A stretch of DNA of 64,000 bases from Mycobacteriaceae bacterium. GTDB taxonomy: Bacteria; Actinomycetota; Actinomycetes; Mycobacteriales; Mycobacteriaceae. Under the pieces are notes generated by a model, which saw nothing but the letters and a program-made list of their open reading frames with translations, had not been told where the DNA came from and searched no databases. Shown piece after piece: positions 17,908-27,336 of this stretch. The position numbers were made by a program, and so were the translations under genes. Positions within the stretch are counted from its first letter, which is position 1, and the number at the start of each line of letters is the position of its first letter. The DNA lies in NCBI GenBank assembly GCA_037138615.1, contig JBAXIA010000003.1, positions 7,006-71,005 of the forward strand. The letters are read 5' to 3'.

Positions 17908-18482
17908 CCGGGCGGCATCCCAGGAAGGTAGGGATTACTGCCTTCCGGACGATCCAGCATCGGATTGACGTCATTGATATAGGTGCCGGCCGGGCTGACG
18001 ACGAAGCCCACCTGATCGTGGCTGTTGACGCAGGCCACCGCCCCGGTTCCATCCACCCCGCAGCTGATCTCCCGGAAGCTCAGCCGGGTGTTCGGCGGCA
18101 ACGCCTTGACCTCACCGACCGCGCTGAAAATGGGTTGGCCCGTGCTGGCGAAGGAGGGCGGCCCGACCGGGCCGGCGCTGACCAGGTTGGCGCCCTCCGG
18201 CGCACCGGGCAACGCGCCACTGCATCCATAGCCCCCGCTGGTCTTGTTGATTACGCAGGTGACGCCGGCGGGCCCGGCGAAGGCGTACCAGTTCCCGCCC
18301 ATCACCGAGTAGGCGACCGGGCTTATCGGCGCATAGGCATTGACAGTGGGAAGCGGCGGCGGCACGGGCGCCGGATCGGGATCGGCCCAGGCTAGGGCCG
18401 CACTGGCCACTACAGCCACTACCGTCCCAGTCACACCAAAAGCAATCCTCGGCAACATCACAACACCGTACCGAACCAACAT
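17904..18482 (-). CDS. Secreted Cys-containing protein, unknown function
   Basis: The track ORF runs to 18956 but would overlap the divergent gene. The ATG at 18482 (AGGGG upstream) gives a signal peptide ...ASAALAWA|DPDP and a mature domain with 4 Cys. Confidence 0.6.
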   Translation of the reverse strand: MLVRYGVVMLPRIAFGVTGTVVAVVASAALAWADPDPAPVPPPLPTVNAYAPISPVAYSVMGGNWYAFAGPAGVTCVINKTSGGYGCSGALPGAPEGANLVSAGPVGPPSFASTGQPIFSAVGEVKALPPNTRLSFREISCGVDGTGAVACVNSHDQVGFVVSPAGTYINDVNPMLDRPEGSNPYLPGMPPG

Positions 18483-18573
18483 CGGCAGGACCCCTGTGTT
18501 CAAAACTGCTGCGGATGCTCTAACATAAGAGTTACCTTCGTAGAACCTGAGAATCGGAAAGGCCGTTAGTCCC

Positions 18574-19557
18574 ATGGGTCGGCTCACCAACCACGCGTTG
18601 CGCGCAGGCGTATCTGCTGTGGGCGTTGCCGCCGGACTGATGGCCCTAGCCTCGACCTCGCAAACACCCGACGGGTTCACCCGGGCCAGCTTCGATGGGC
18701 CCCTCGACATCTTCGGCAACTCGGCTCCTGAACACCAGGGCGACGTACTGGCCATCGGTAACGGAGCCGGTGACGCGAGCGAGCTCGCCGCAATCCTGAA
18801 CGGCCCCCTGCCCGCAGGCAGCCCGAACTCCCCCTTCCAGGAAGCCTTCGCGGCAGGGGCCGGCCCGAATAGCCTTGAGGTCAGCGCTATTCCGCCCGCT
18901 GTTGCGGCGTTCGGCGCGACCACCTCCAAGCAGGCACTCTCCACAATGCCGTCCAAACCTGTCGTCGATGCTCAGGGCCGAGTGGACTGCACCGGCTCAG
19001 TGAGCTGTCTGACCGACCCCACCACCAATGTGACGACGGTGACGTATCCCGATGGCGTCGTGGCATTGGTTCAGCAGATCAACGATATGACGGTGGTCGC
19101 CTACAAGACGGTGACCGAGTCGCTTAAGAACGACATCCAGGCATTGCTGCCCAACCAGGCTTCTCATTCCCCGCTAACTGCGGCCACGATGCCCGCCACT
19201 GCAGCCCCGGTGCCCGCCGCCGCCCAGTCGCCGGAGATATCAGCCCAGGTCATCGACCCGGGACCGTCTGTTGCGCCGGTCGCACCGGACATCAGCGCGA
19301 GCACCATCCGGCCGAGGGTCGTCGTCACCCCGTCGCCCCAGGACCTCAACCCCGGGCAAAACGGCCAATCGCCCCGGCCCGGCAGTATCACCATTCCCGC
19401 CGTGAAGCCAACCAGTCCGATTGACGTGGTCAAGGATGCCTTGAGCTCCGTCGTGAATGCCGTGACCGGTCACCATTCGGCCTCCCAGACGGCGAACGAG
19501 ACTGACCCGACACCGGATCCGCCAGGCCATCGAAGCGCCCGAGGCGGCGGTCGGTAG
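18574..19557 (+). CDS. Secreted Ala/Pro-rich protein, unknown function
   Basis: Signal-like N-terminus (AGVSAVGVAAGLMALAS), a central domain with 2 Cys, and a Pro-rich C-terminal half. Confidence 0.6.
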   Translation: MGRLTNHALRAGVSAVGVAAGLMALASTSQTPDGFTRASFDGPLDIFGNSAPEHQGDVLAIGNGAGDASELAAILNGPLPAGSPNSPFQEAFAAGAGPNSLEVSAIPPAVAAFGATTSKQALSTMPSKPVVDAQGRVDCTGSVSCLTDPTTNVTTVTYPDGVVALVQQINDMTVVAYKTVTESLKNDIQALLPNQASHSPLTAATMPATAAPVPAAAQSPEISAQVIDPGPSVAPVAPDISASTIRPRVVVTPSPQDLNPGQNGQSPRPGSITIPAVKPTSPIDVVKDALSSVVNAVTGHHSASQTANETDPTPDPPGHRSARGGGR

Positions 19558-20424
19558 TTAACCGCCGGCCATCTTCTCCAGCCGTGCGATCCGGTCTTGG
19601 ATCGGTGGATGCGTCGAAAACATTTTGCTCATACGCTCCCCCGACCGGAACGGGCTGGCAATCATCAGATGCGCCTGGTCCGCCAGCTGCGGGCTCGGCG
19701 GCAACGGAGCCCGTTCCACGCCGCCGCTGATCTTGCGCAAGGCCGACGCCAGCGCCAACGGGTCGCCGGAAAGCTCAGCACCGGATTCATCGGCCTGGTA
19801 CTCCCTGGAACGTGACACCGCCATCTTGATTACCCCCGCAGCCATCGGCGCCAACAGCGAAACCAGCAGCAGTGCAAGCGGATTCGCCCCACCCTGCCTG
19901 CCCCCGCCCCGTGCGCCCGTGAACATCGCCATCTGCGCCATGCCGGTGACCACCGACGCCAACGCGCCGGCGACACACGAAATCAGAATGTCCCGGTTGT
20001 AGACATGGGAAAGCTCATGGCCAAGCACCGCACGCAGCTCACGCTCGTCGAGCAGTTGCAGGATGCCGGTCGTGCAGCACACCGCAGCATTGCGCGGATT
20101 GCGGCCGGTGGCAAACGCGTTCGGGCTGGCCGTGTCACTGATGAAAAGCTTCGGCATGGGCTGGTGCGCAGCGGTGGACAACTCACGCACCATCGCGTAA
20201 ATCTGCGGGGCCTGAACTTCGGTGATCGGCTGGGCTTTCATGGCCTTCAACGCCAGCTTGTCACTGTTGAAATAGACGTAGATGTTCATGCCGACAGCCA
20301 TCAGTACCGACAGTCCCAGCACGGACTTGTTGTTGAACAGCGAGCCGATGAAGACGATCAACGCGGACATTCCGACGAGCAGCACAAACGTTTTCATCCG
20401 GTTGGCGGTGGGATGCCAGGTCAT
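19558..20424 (-). CDS. htpX: Zinc metalloprotease HtpX
   Basis: [22 protein letters not shown]... has the same N-terminus as M. tuberculosis HtpX. The HELSH zinc motif is present. The ORF is open to 20454. Confidence 0.93.
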   Translation of the reverse strand: MTWHPTANRMKTFVLLVGMSALIVFIGSLFNNKSVLGLSVLMAVGMNIYVYFNSDKLALKAMKAQPITEVQAPQIYAMVRELSTAAHQPMPKLFISDTASPNAFATGRNPRNAAVCCTTGILQLLDERELRAVLGHELSHVYNRDILISCVAGALASVVTGMAQMAMFTGARGGGRQGGANPLALLLVSLLAPMAAGVIKMAVSRSREYQADESGAELSGDPLALASALRKISGGVERAPLPPSPQLADQAHLMIASPFRSGERMSKMFSTHPPIQDRIARLEKMAGG

Positions 20425-20508
20425 CTCAATTCCTCCTGCGAACGGGTCTTCCACGGAGAGTAATGCCTCGTTACAGCAAACAGGTCCCCGAGGGGTTAAC
20501 CATGCCTA

Positions 20509-21516
20509 TCAACCGTGTCTGTTGACCGTGTAGTCCACCAGCGAAGCCAATGCGCGCCGTCCCGGCACATCCGGAAGTCCGGCCAACTCAGCTCGGGCCT
20601 GCGCGGCGTACTGCTGCACGGTGTCCTTCGCCGCGGAGATCCCGCCCGAGGCCCGCAGTAGCGCCAGGGCCTCGGCAAGGGTCTCGTCATCGGTTACCGG
20701 CCCCTTGAGGATCTCCCGCAACCGGTCGGCAGCCGGGCCGGTCTCCTCCAGTGCGTAGAGCACCGGCAGGGTGTGCACGCCCTCACGTAGGTCCGTCCCG
20801 GGCAGCTTGCCCGACTCGTCGGGGTCGCTTTCGATGTCGATGATGTCGTCGGAGATCTGGAACACCGTGCCGACGATCCCGCCGATGCGGCCCAGCCGCT
20901 CGATCTGATCATCGTTGGCACCGGAGAATGTTGCGCCGAACTGGCCGGAGGCTGCGATGAGGCAGGCGGTCTTCTCGGCAATTACCTTGAGATAGTGCGA
21001 GACGGCATCGTCGGCTTCAGCTGCGCCTTTGGTCTCACGCATCTGGCCGGTCACCAGGAGTGCGAAGGTCTCGGCGATCAGGCGTACCGCGTCGGGGCCG
21101 AGTCGCGACACCAGCCGCGAGGCTGTCGCGAACAGATAGTCACCGGCCAGGATCGCGATGTTATTGCCCCAGCGGGCGTTGGCCGACGGCGCACCGCGTC
21201 GCATCTGCGCCTCGTCCATGACGTCATCGTGGTAGAGCGTGGCCAGGTGCACCAGTTCGATCACCGCGCCGGCGACGGTGACCTGCCACGCGTCCGGTTC
21301 AGGACCGATCTGAGCTGACAGCACGGTGAACAACGGACGAAACCGCTTGCCACCCGCCTCGAACAGGTGCAGCACGGCCTCGGTCATCAGCTCGTCGCCG
21401 CTGCGCAGTTCGGTGGAAATCATCTCCTCGATGCGGGCGACGCCATCCCGGACGGCTTGAGCGAAGGCCGGGTCGCCGAAATCCACGCCCGCCACCACAG
21501 TCGCCGGTGTCCTCAC
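20509..21516 (-). CDS. grcC1: Polyprenyl (heptaprenyl) diphosphate synthase
   Basis: (V)RTPATVVAGVDFGD... has a GrcC1-like N-terminus. The two Asp-rich motifs are present: LYHDDVMDE and FQISDDIID. Confidence 0.93.
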   Translation of the reverse strand: MRTPATVVAGVDFGDPAFAQAVRDGVARIEEMISTELRSGDELMTEAVLHLFEAGGKRFRPLFTVLSAQIGPEPDAWQVTVAGAVIELVHLATLYHDDVMDEAQMRRGAPSANARWGNNIAILAGDYLFATASRLVSRLGPDAVRLIAETFALLVTGQMRETKGAAEADDAVSHYLKVIAEKTACLIAASGQFGATFSGANDDQIERLGRIGGIVGTVFQISDDIIDIESDPDESGKLPGTDLREGVHTLPVLYALEETGPAADRLREILKGPVTDDETLAEALALLRASGGISAAKDTVQQYAAQARAELAGLPDVPGRRALASLVDYTVNRHG

Positions 21517-21537
21517 CCTGCCAACATACTGTGAAGT

Positions 21538-22773
21538 ATGCGCGCAGCATCATCTGAGGTCCGGGCCGAGGTCGTCGTGGTCGGTGCCGGACCGTCCGGT
21601 TCTGCCGCCGCGGCATGGGCGGCCCGCGGCGGCCGGCAGGTGCTGGTTATCGACTCTGCCGAGTTTCCGCGGGACAAGGCCTGCGGTGACGGGCTTACCC
21701 CGCGGGCGGTCGCCGAACTGCAACACCTGGGGCTGAGCGACTGGCTGGATGGCCGAATCCGCCATCATGGTCTGCGGCTGGCCGGCTTCGGCGCCGAGGT
21801 GGAGGTGCCCTGGCCGGGTCCGTCGTTCCCACCCACCAGCAGCGCGGTACCGCGTACCGAGCTCGACGACCGCATCCGCACCGTCGCAGCGGAATCCGGT
21901 GCATCAATGTTGTTGGGACACAAGTGCGTTGATGTCTCCCGGGATTCCGCAGGCCGGGTTGACGCGGTGGAACTGGCCGATGGGTCCCGGGTTGGCTGCC
22001 AGTGGCTGATCGTTGCAGACGGGGTTCGGTCGGCGCTGGGCAGGGCGCTGGGGCGGCAATGGCATCAGCAGACGGTGTACGGGGTGGCTGCGCGGGCCTA
22101 TCTCACCTCGCCGCGCGCGGACGAACCGTGGATCTCCTCGGATCTGGAATTGAGATCGCCCTCTGGCCAGGTGTTACCCGGGTACGGCTGGATCTTCCCC
22201 CTGGGCAACGGTGAAGTGAACCTCGGCGTGGGCGCACTGGCCACCGCCAAGCGGCCCGCCGACGTGGCGTTGCGGCCACTGCTGGCGCACTACGCCGACC
22301 TCAAACGTGCGGCGTGGGGTTTCTCCGGCCCGCCACGGGCACAAGCCTCAGCACTGTTGCCGATGGGCGGGGCGGTGTCCGGCGTTGCCGGGCCGAACTG
22401 GATGCTGGTGGGCGATGCGGCGGCCTGCGTGAACCCGCTCAACGGCGAGGGCATCGACTACGGGCTGGAGACCGGGCGGATGGCCGCGGAGATGCTGGGC
22501 GCGCGTGACATCTCAAGCGCCTGGCCCGCGCTGCTGCAGGCGCACTACGGGCGCGGGTTCTCGGTGGCCCGCCGACTTGGGTTGCTGTTGACACTGCCGC
22601 GGTTCCTGCCGATTACCGGTCCGGTGGGGATGCGCTCAGCCCGGCTCATGAATGTCGCAGTGCGAGTGATGGGCAATTTGGTCAGCGATGAGGACGTCGA
22701 CTGGGTCGCCCGGATATGGCGGACGGCCGGTGCCGGATCACGGCTTGTGGACCAGCGAAAGCCGTTCTGCTAG
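21538..22773 (+). CDS. menJ: Geranylgeranyl-reductase family flavoprotein, menaquinone reductase MenJ-like (Rv0561c-like)
   Basis: [16 protein letters not shown] motif, GDGLTPR, and placement between grcC1 and the ubiE-type methyltransferase. Confidence 0.85.
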   Translation: MRAASSEVRAEVVVVGAGPSGSAAAAWAARGGRQVLVIDSAEFPRDKACGDGLTPRAVAELQHLGLSDWLDGRIRHHGLRLAGFGAEVEVPWPGPSFPPTSSAVPRTELDDRIRTVAAESGASMLLGHKCVDVSRDSAGRVDAVELADGSRVGCQWLIVADGVRSALGRALGRQWHQQTVYGVAARAYLTSPRADEPWISSDLELRSPSGQVLPGYGWIFPLGNGEVNLGVGALATAKRPADVALRPLLAHYADLKRAAWGFSGPPRAQASALLPMGGAVSGVAGPNWMLVGDAAACVNPLNGEGIDYGLETGRMAAEMLGARDISSAWPALLQAHYGRGFSVARRLGLLLTLPRFLPITGPVGMRSARLMNVAVRVMGNLVSDEDVDWVARIWRTAGAGSRLVDQRKPFC

Positions 22774-23459
22774 TTCGGTTTACGCGCCTCGTGTAGGGCG
22801 ACGATTCCGCCGGTGAGGTTGCGCCAACTTACCTGCGACCAGCCGGCCTGCTCGATGCGGCGGGCCAGGGTCGACTGATCAGGCCAGGCCCGGATGGACT
22901 CGGCCAGGTAGACATAGGCCTCCGGATTGCTCGACACCGCGCGGGCCACCCGCGGCAGTGCCTTCATCAGATATTCCTTGTACGCGGTGGCGAACACCGG
23001 CACGGCAGGTGTGGAGAATTCGCACACCACCAGCCGCCCGCCAGGTTTGGTCACCCGTGCCATCTCGCGCAGGCCGGCACTTAAGTCGACGACGTTGCGC
23101 AGGCCGAAGCTGATCGTGACCGCATCGAACACGCCATCACCGAAGGGCAGGCGGGTGGCATCCGCGCCGACCTTGGGTACTGGGCGCTCTCGGCCGGCGC
23201 GCAACATTCCGACCGAGAAGTCCGCAGCAAGACACCACGCCCCGGACTTCGCGAGTTCGACCGTCGATACCGCGGTCCCGGCGGCCAGGTCGAGCACCAC
23301 ATCCTCCGGGCCGACCCGCAGTGCCGCGCGGGTGGCCCGACGCCAGTGGCGATCCCGTCCGGCTGAGAGCAGGGTGTTGGTGACGTCATAGCGGCGTGCG
23401 ACGGCGTCGAACATCGACGCCACATCACCCGGATCCTTATCCAGCGACGCGCGGCTCAT
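22770..23459 (-). CDS. menG: Demethylmenaquinone methyltransferase (UbiE/MenG; annotated menH, Rv0558, in M. tuberculosis)
   Basis: [28 protein letters not shown]... matches the Rv0558 N-terminus. SAM motif VLDLAAGTA is present. The ATG at 23459 overlaps the upstream stop (ATGA). Confidence 0.92.
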   Translation of the reverse strand: MSRASLDKDPGDVASMFDAVARRYDVTNTLLSAGRDRHWRRATRAALRVGPEDVVLDLAAGTAVSTVELAKSGAWCLAADFSVGMLRAGRERPVPKVGADATRLPFGDGVFDAVTISFGLRNVVDLSAGLREMARVTKPGGRLVVCEFSTPAVPVFATAYKEYLMKALPRVARAVSSNPEAYVYLAESIRAWPDQSTLARRIEQAGWSQVSWRNLTGGIVALHEARKPN

Positions 23460-23959
23460 AGGGCTGACGCTACCGGCAGCCGCCGTTCCCATCGCACCAG
23501 CCCGGCCAGGATCGCCGCACAGATCAGCCACCCCGCCACCGCCGTCGATGCGGCCGGAATGATCGCCAGTGAGGCATTGCGGTTCTGGACCCGGACCAGA
23601 TTCGGATTGTCGCGAGAATACTCGACGTAAATCCGCATCCCGGTGGCCAGCTCCGAGGGATACAACACTCCGAGTTCAGGCCGATAGGTGACCCGGTCCG
23701 GCGTAACGAACTCAACCGTCGACCGCCGAGGGCCCGCGGAGAGCACCTCGGCCTCGGCAACTCCCATATGTCGTTCGATCTGGCGGTCGTTGCGCCATGC
23801 CCCGGCGACGAGTAGCACAGCCTGCAGAGCGATGATGCCGGCGAAAATCCACACGCCGGTCTTTGCCCACCGCAATGCTTTTCGCTCACCGGTGTCGAGT
23901 AGGTCGGGATTTCGCCGGGGAAGCGCGGACCGGAACACGTCACGAAGGCGTGAGATCAC
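23456..23959 (-). CDS. Small membrane protein (Rv0556-like, DUF3592-type)
   Basis: Two hydrophobic helices flank a soluble segment. The GTG start overlaps the menD stop (GTGA). Confidence 0.65.
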   Translation of the reverse strand: MISRLRDVFRSALPRRNPDLLDTGERKALRWAKTGVWIFAGIIALQAVLLVAGAWRNDRQIERHMGVAEAEVLSAGPRRSTVEFVTPDRVTYRPELGVLYPSELATGMRIYVEYSRDNPNLVRVQNRNASLAIIPAASTAVAGWLICAAILAGLVRWERRLPVASAL

Positions 23960-25578
23960 AAAGCCGCTCGGATATCGGCGTGCAACCGGCGCAGCGAGGA
24001 TCGGTCGGCCTTGACTTCCAGCACCCGCATGCCCTCATGCGACTCGTCGAGGGCACCGCGCAAATCATCGACCTCGATCTGGCGGGACTCGACGTGGTAG
24101 GCCCGGCACAACGCCAGGACGTCGACGTCATGCGGGGTTCCGAAGATGCGCGAGGACACGTCGGCGAACCGTGGGTCGCCCTGTTCGAGCAGTTCGAAGA
24201 TGCCGCCGCCGTTGTCGTTGGACACCACAATGGTGAGGTTGGCCGGCGTAGGTTCGGTGGGGCCGATCAGCAGCCCGGAGGCGTCGTGGACGAAGGTGAG
24301 ATCGCCCAAAAGCGCGATGGTTCGTGAGGGGTGCGCCAGAGCGGCGCCGATCGCCGTCGACACCGTCCCGTCGATACCCGCCACACCCCGGTTGGACCGC
24401 ACCACGATGCCCTCGGTGTTCAGTCCGACCAGGGCGGCGTCCCGGACCGGATTGGAGGCACCCAGCACCAGTTGATCGCCCGGGCGCACCGCGGCAGCCA
24501 CCGCGGCCGCGACATGCAGGCCAGTGGTCAACGGATGGACCGCCAGTTGTTCGGTCACGACATCGACCGCGTGCTGGTTGGCCCGCGCGCAGCGGTCCAG
24601 CCAAGCCGGATCGGCGGTGCCGATGGTATCGGCGCGGGTGCCGGTGGCCAGACAGTTACCCGACACATCGGGCCAGCGGGGACCGGTGGTCAACGCGTAC
24701 ACGCCGATGGTGGAGTCGGCCAGCAACGCCGACACCGAACGGTGCAGCGTCGGGCGTCCCAGCATGATCACCTGTTTGGGGCGCAGCTGTGTCAGCGCCA
24801 GCGGATGCAGCAGGTTGGCGGCCCGGGGTGCGGTGGGTTCGGCGACGGTCGGCAGATGCGCAAGGTTCGGATGCACCCCGGCGCCGTTACCGGCAATGAC
24901 GACGGTGTCGGGCGTCAGGTCGATGGTCAGCGGCTGATCGAAGCTCACCGGCGGTGTGTAGGTCCACGGCTGGCCATCGGATCGTCCGGGAGGAATGTCG
25001 CTGGGATCCGAATCCGGTTCTGGCACAAGGGGTTCGCGCAGTGGGATGTCGAACTGCACCGGTCCGGCATTAGCGGTACGAGCGCCGCTGGCGGCTGCCA
25101 GTACCCGGCAGGTAGCCGATCGCCACTGCGCGTTGAGCCCACTGAGATCGGCTCCGTCCTCAGCCAGTCCGAGGCTGATCGCCGCGCGGACCTGGGTGCC
25201 GAAATAGCCCAGTTGCTCCATGGTCTGGTTCGCGCCGGTGCCCAGCAGTTCATAGGGCCGGTTGGCGCTTAGCACGATGAGCGGCACCCGCGCATAGTTG
25301 GCCTCGATGACAGCCGGTCCCAGGTTGGCCACCGCCGTGCCGGATGTCATGGCGATCGGAACCGGACGGCCGCTCCCTGACGCCAAGCCGACAGCGAGAA
25401 AGCCGGCGGTGCGCTCGTCGATGCGGACGTGCAAGCGCACCCGGCCCGCTCGGTCGGCGTCGGCCAGAGCGAACGCCAACGGTGCGTTGCGCGACCCGGG
25501 GCACAGCACGACATCACGGACGCCGCCGCGAATAAGTTCGTCGACGACGACCCGGGCCTGAGCCGTCGAGGGATTCAC
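23956..25578 (-). CDS. menD: 2-succinyl-5-enolpyruvyl-6-hydroxy-3-cyclohexene-1-carboxylate (SEPHCHC) synthase
   Basis: (V)[37 protein letters not shown] is near-identical to the MenD N-terminus I recall. ThDP motif GDLTFVHD...NDNGGGIF is present. The GTG at 25578 is chosen over the longer ORF (25722). Confidence 0.95.
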   Translation of the reverse strand: MNPSTAQARVVVDELIRGGVRDVVLCPGSRNAPLAFALADADRAGRVRLHVRIDERTAGFLAVGLASGSGRPVPIAMTSGTAVANLGPAVIEANYARVPLIVLSANRPYELLGTGANQTMEQLGYFGTQVRAAISLGLAEDGADLSGLNAQWRSATCRVLAAASGARTANAGPVQFDIPLREPLVPEPDSDPSDIPPGRSDGQPWTYTPPVSFDQPLTIDLTPDTVVIAGNGAGVHPNLAHLPTVAEPTAPRAANLLHPLALTQLRPKQVIMLGRPTLHRSVSALLADSTIGVYALTTGPRWPDVSGNCLATGTRADTIGTADPAWLDRCARANQHAVDVVTEQLAVHPLTTGLHVAAAVAAAVRPGDQLVLGASNPVRDAALVGLNTEGIVVRSNRGVAGIDGTVSTAIGAALAHPSRTIALLGDLTFVHDASGLLIGPTEPTPANLTIVVSNDNGGGIFELLEQGDPRFADVSSRIFGTPHDVDVLALCRAYHVESRQIEVDDLRGALDESHEGMRVLEVKADRSSLRRLHADIRAAL

Positions 25579-25591
25579 GCCTAACAGCGTG

Positions 25592-26380
25592 TCACAAAAG
25601 CGTTCCCGCGAAAAACTGCAGCATCGCGTTGTTGACCGGGTCGGGTCGTTCCAGGAAGCCGAGGTGGCCGGCGTTGGCAATTTGGATGTAGCGGCCGTGT
25701 GGCAGCGCCTCGCCGACCTCACGGCCGAGCGCCGGCGGGGTGATGACGTCGTCGGCGAACCCGATCACCAGAACTTCGGTAGTGATCGCGCGGTATGCGG
25801 GCAGCCGGTTTTCCGTGGGGACGACGGTCATCTGGCCGCGCCAGCCGGCCGTGCGCTTGAGCGGGAAGGCGGTGAACATCTCGACCCATTCACCGATTGC
25901 CTTGGCGTCGTTGATGGTCTTGGGTGAAAAGTTCTCCAGGATGCGGACTTTGGCCGCGTAGGCCGCCGGTAACTCGATTCCGGAGGCGGCCAATTCCAGA
26001 TCCGCGGCCCGAAATGCTTTGCGTGTCTCATCCACCCGGCCGCGAGTTCCCATCAGCACGGCTTGGGTCACAAGATCCGGGCGGGCCAGAAGAAGTTCCT
26101 GGGCGATGAACGCGCCCATGGACATCGCAACCAGCCGGACCGGCCCGCCAACGACGGTGTCGATGAGTTCGATAGTGTCGGCGACCATCTGCGCGGTGGA
26201 GATCCCGTCGGCGTTCTCGGTCGCGCCGATGCCGCGATTGTCAAAGGTGATGCAGCGGTATCCGGCGGCCAGAAATGCCGGGACCTGGTGGATATGCCAC
26301 GTTCGGCCCGCTCCTGCGGTACCGGCGATGAACAGCACCGGTTCGCCGGCGCCGGTGTCGTCGTAGGCCAGACTGGTCAC
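25592..26380 (-). CDS. Alpha/beta hydrolase (BpoC/Rv0554-like)
   Basis: [25 protein letters not shown]...VAMSMGAF (GxSxG-type nucleophile elbow)...GHLGFLE. The GTG at 26380 overlaps the menC stop (GTGA). The 527-aa track ORF is an Arg-rich shadow extension. Confidence 0.88.
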   Translation of the reverse strand: MTSLAYDDTGAGEPVLFIAGTAGAGRTWHIHQVPAFLAAGYRCITFDNRGIGATENADGISTAQMVADTIELIDTVVGGPVRLVAMSMGAFIAQELLLARPDLVTQAVLMGTRGRVDETRKAFRAADLELAASGIELPAAYAAKVRILENFSPKTINDAKAIGEWVEMFTAFPLKRTAGWRGQMTVVPTENRLPAYRAITTEVLVIGFADDVITPPALGREVGEALPHGRYIQIANAGHLGFLERPDPVNNAMLQFFAGTLL

Positions 26381-27336
26381 TCGCGCGAGGCTAGCAGTGC
26401 GTGACAGGTGCGGACGCGAGCGATCCACCAGTCGCGACGCTCGGGCGGGGCCGCCATTGCGGTCAGTCGAGCCGGGTCGGGGACGACATCGCCCACCGGG
26501 AGGTAGCCGTCGACCGCGGTGATCTCGGCCACGTCCTCGACGAAGAGACTTCCGGTTCCCAGCCCGCAGGCGTGGTCCAACCGGGGCAGCGCGGCCGCAG
26601 CGGCCAACCCGGCCGTGATGCCCACCGCAGAGTCCAGGGCGCTCGAGATCACCACCGGGATGTCGATTGCCGCGGCGATATCGAGGAGCGCACCGACCCC
26701 ACCGAGTGGGGCAACCTTGAGCACGGCGATATCGGCGGCACCGGCACGCACCACGGCCAGTGGGTCGGCGGCCTTGCGGATGCTCTCGTCGGCGGCCACC
26801 GGTACATCGACCCGCCGCCGCACCTGTGCGAGTTCGGCGACGGTGGCGCAGGGCTGTTCGATGTATTCCAACGGGCCGTCGGCGGTCAGGGCGGCGGCTG
26901 CCGCAACAGCCTGCTCGACGCTCCAGCCGCCGTTGGCGTCGACGCGAACGGTCGGGATCAGTGCTCGCACGGCATTGACCCTGGCTATATCGTCGGCCAG
27001 CGTCTGTCCCAGCTCGGCAACCTTCACCTTGGCCGTTGTCGAGCCCGGAAACCGGGCCAACAGTTCGGGCACCGCGCCCGCCGGCACTGCCGGGACGGTC
27101 GCGTTGATCTCGATCCGGGTCCGCAGCGCCGGAGGCCTTGTCCCGTAGGCGGATTCGATTGCCGAGGCCAGCCACTGCGCGGCCTCCGGTGGCCCGTATT
27201 CGAGGAAAGCACCGAACTCGCCCCAGCCCGACGGACCCTCGATCAGAGCAATCTCACGCACGGTGATTCCGCGGAATCGGACCCGCATCGGCAGTGCAAC
27301 AACATGCAGACGGCCAAGAAGATCGTCTGCGTTCAT
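26377..27336 (-). CDS. menC: o-Succinylbenzoate synthase
   Basis: Enolase-superfamily pattern (KVKV...VRVDANGGWS...EYIEQP...ADESI) and position inside the men cluster. Confidence 0.9.
   Translation of the reverse strand: MNADDLLGRLHVVALPMRVRFRGITVREIALIEGPSGWGEFGAFLEYGPPEAAQWLASAIESAYGTRPPALRTRIEINATVPAVPAGAVPELLARFPGSTTAKVKVAELGQTLADDIARVNAVRALIPTVRVDANGGWSVEQAVAAAAALTADGPLEYIEQPCATVAELAQVRRRVDVPVAADESIRKAADPLAVVRAGAADIAVLKVAPLGGVGALLDIAAAIDIPVVISSALDSAVGITAGLAAAAALPRLDHACGLGTGSLFVEDVAEITAVDGYLPVGDVVPDPARLTAMAAPPERRDWWIARVRTCHALLASRE

Noticed and set aside
17904-18956. 350-aa version of the secreted Cys-protein ORF
   Set aside because: The first 158 codons overlap the divergent 18574..19557 gene and the spacer, and are Ala/Pro/Ser-rich. 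An internal ATG at 18482, with a Shine-Dalgarno-like AGGGG, gives a proper signal peptide.
24331-25272. 313-aa plus-strand ORF antisense to menD, plus several other ORFs in 24128..25561
   Set aside because: menD on the minus strand is near-identical over long stretches to the MenD sequence I recall. These are shadow frames.
25592-27175. 527-aa ORF in the track that would make a giant protein spanning the bpoC-like gene and most of menC
   Set aside because: The N-terminal ~265 aa are Arg/Gly/Pro-rich (RRRQRRLERRAG...) with no fold signature, and they lie in an alternate frame over menC. The hydrolase homology begins at VTSLAYDD, whose GTG overlaps the menC stop. Only 25592..26380 is kept.
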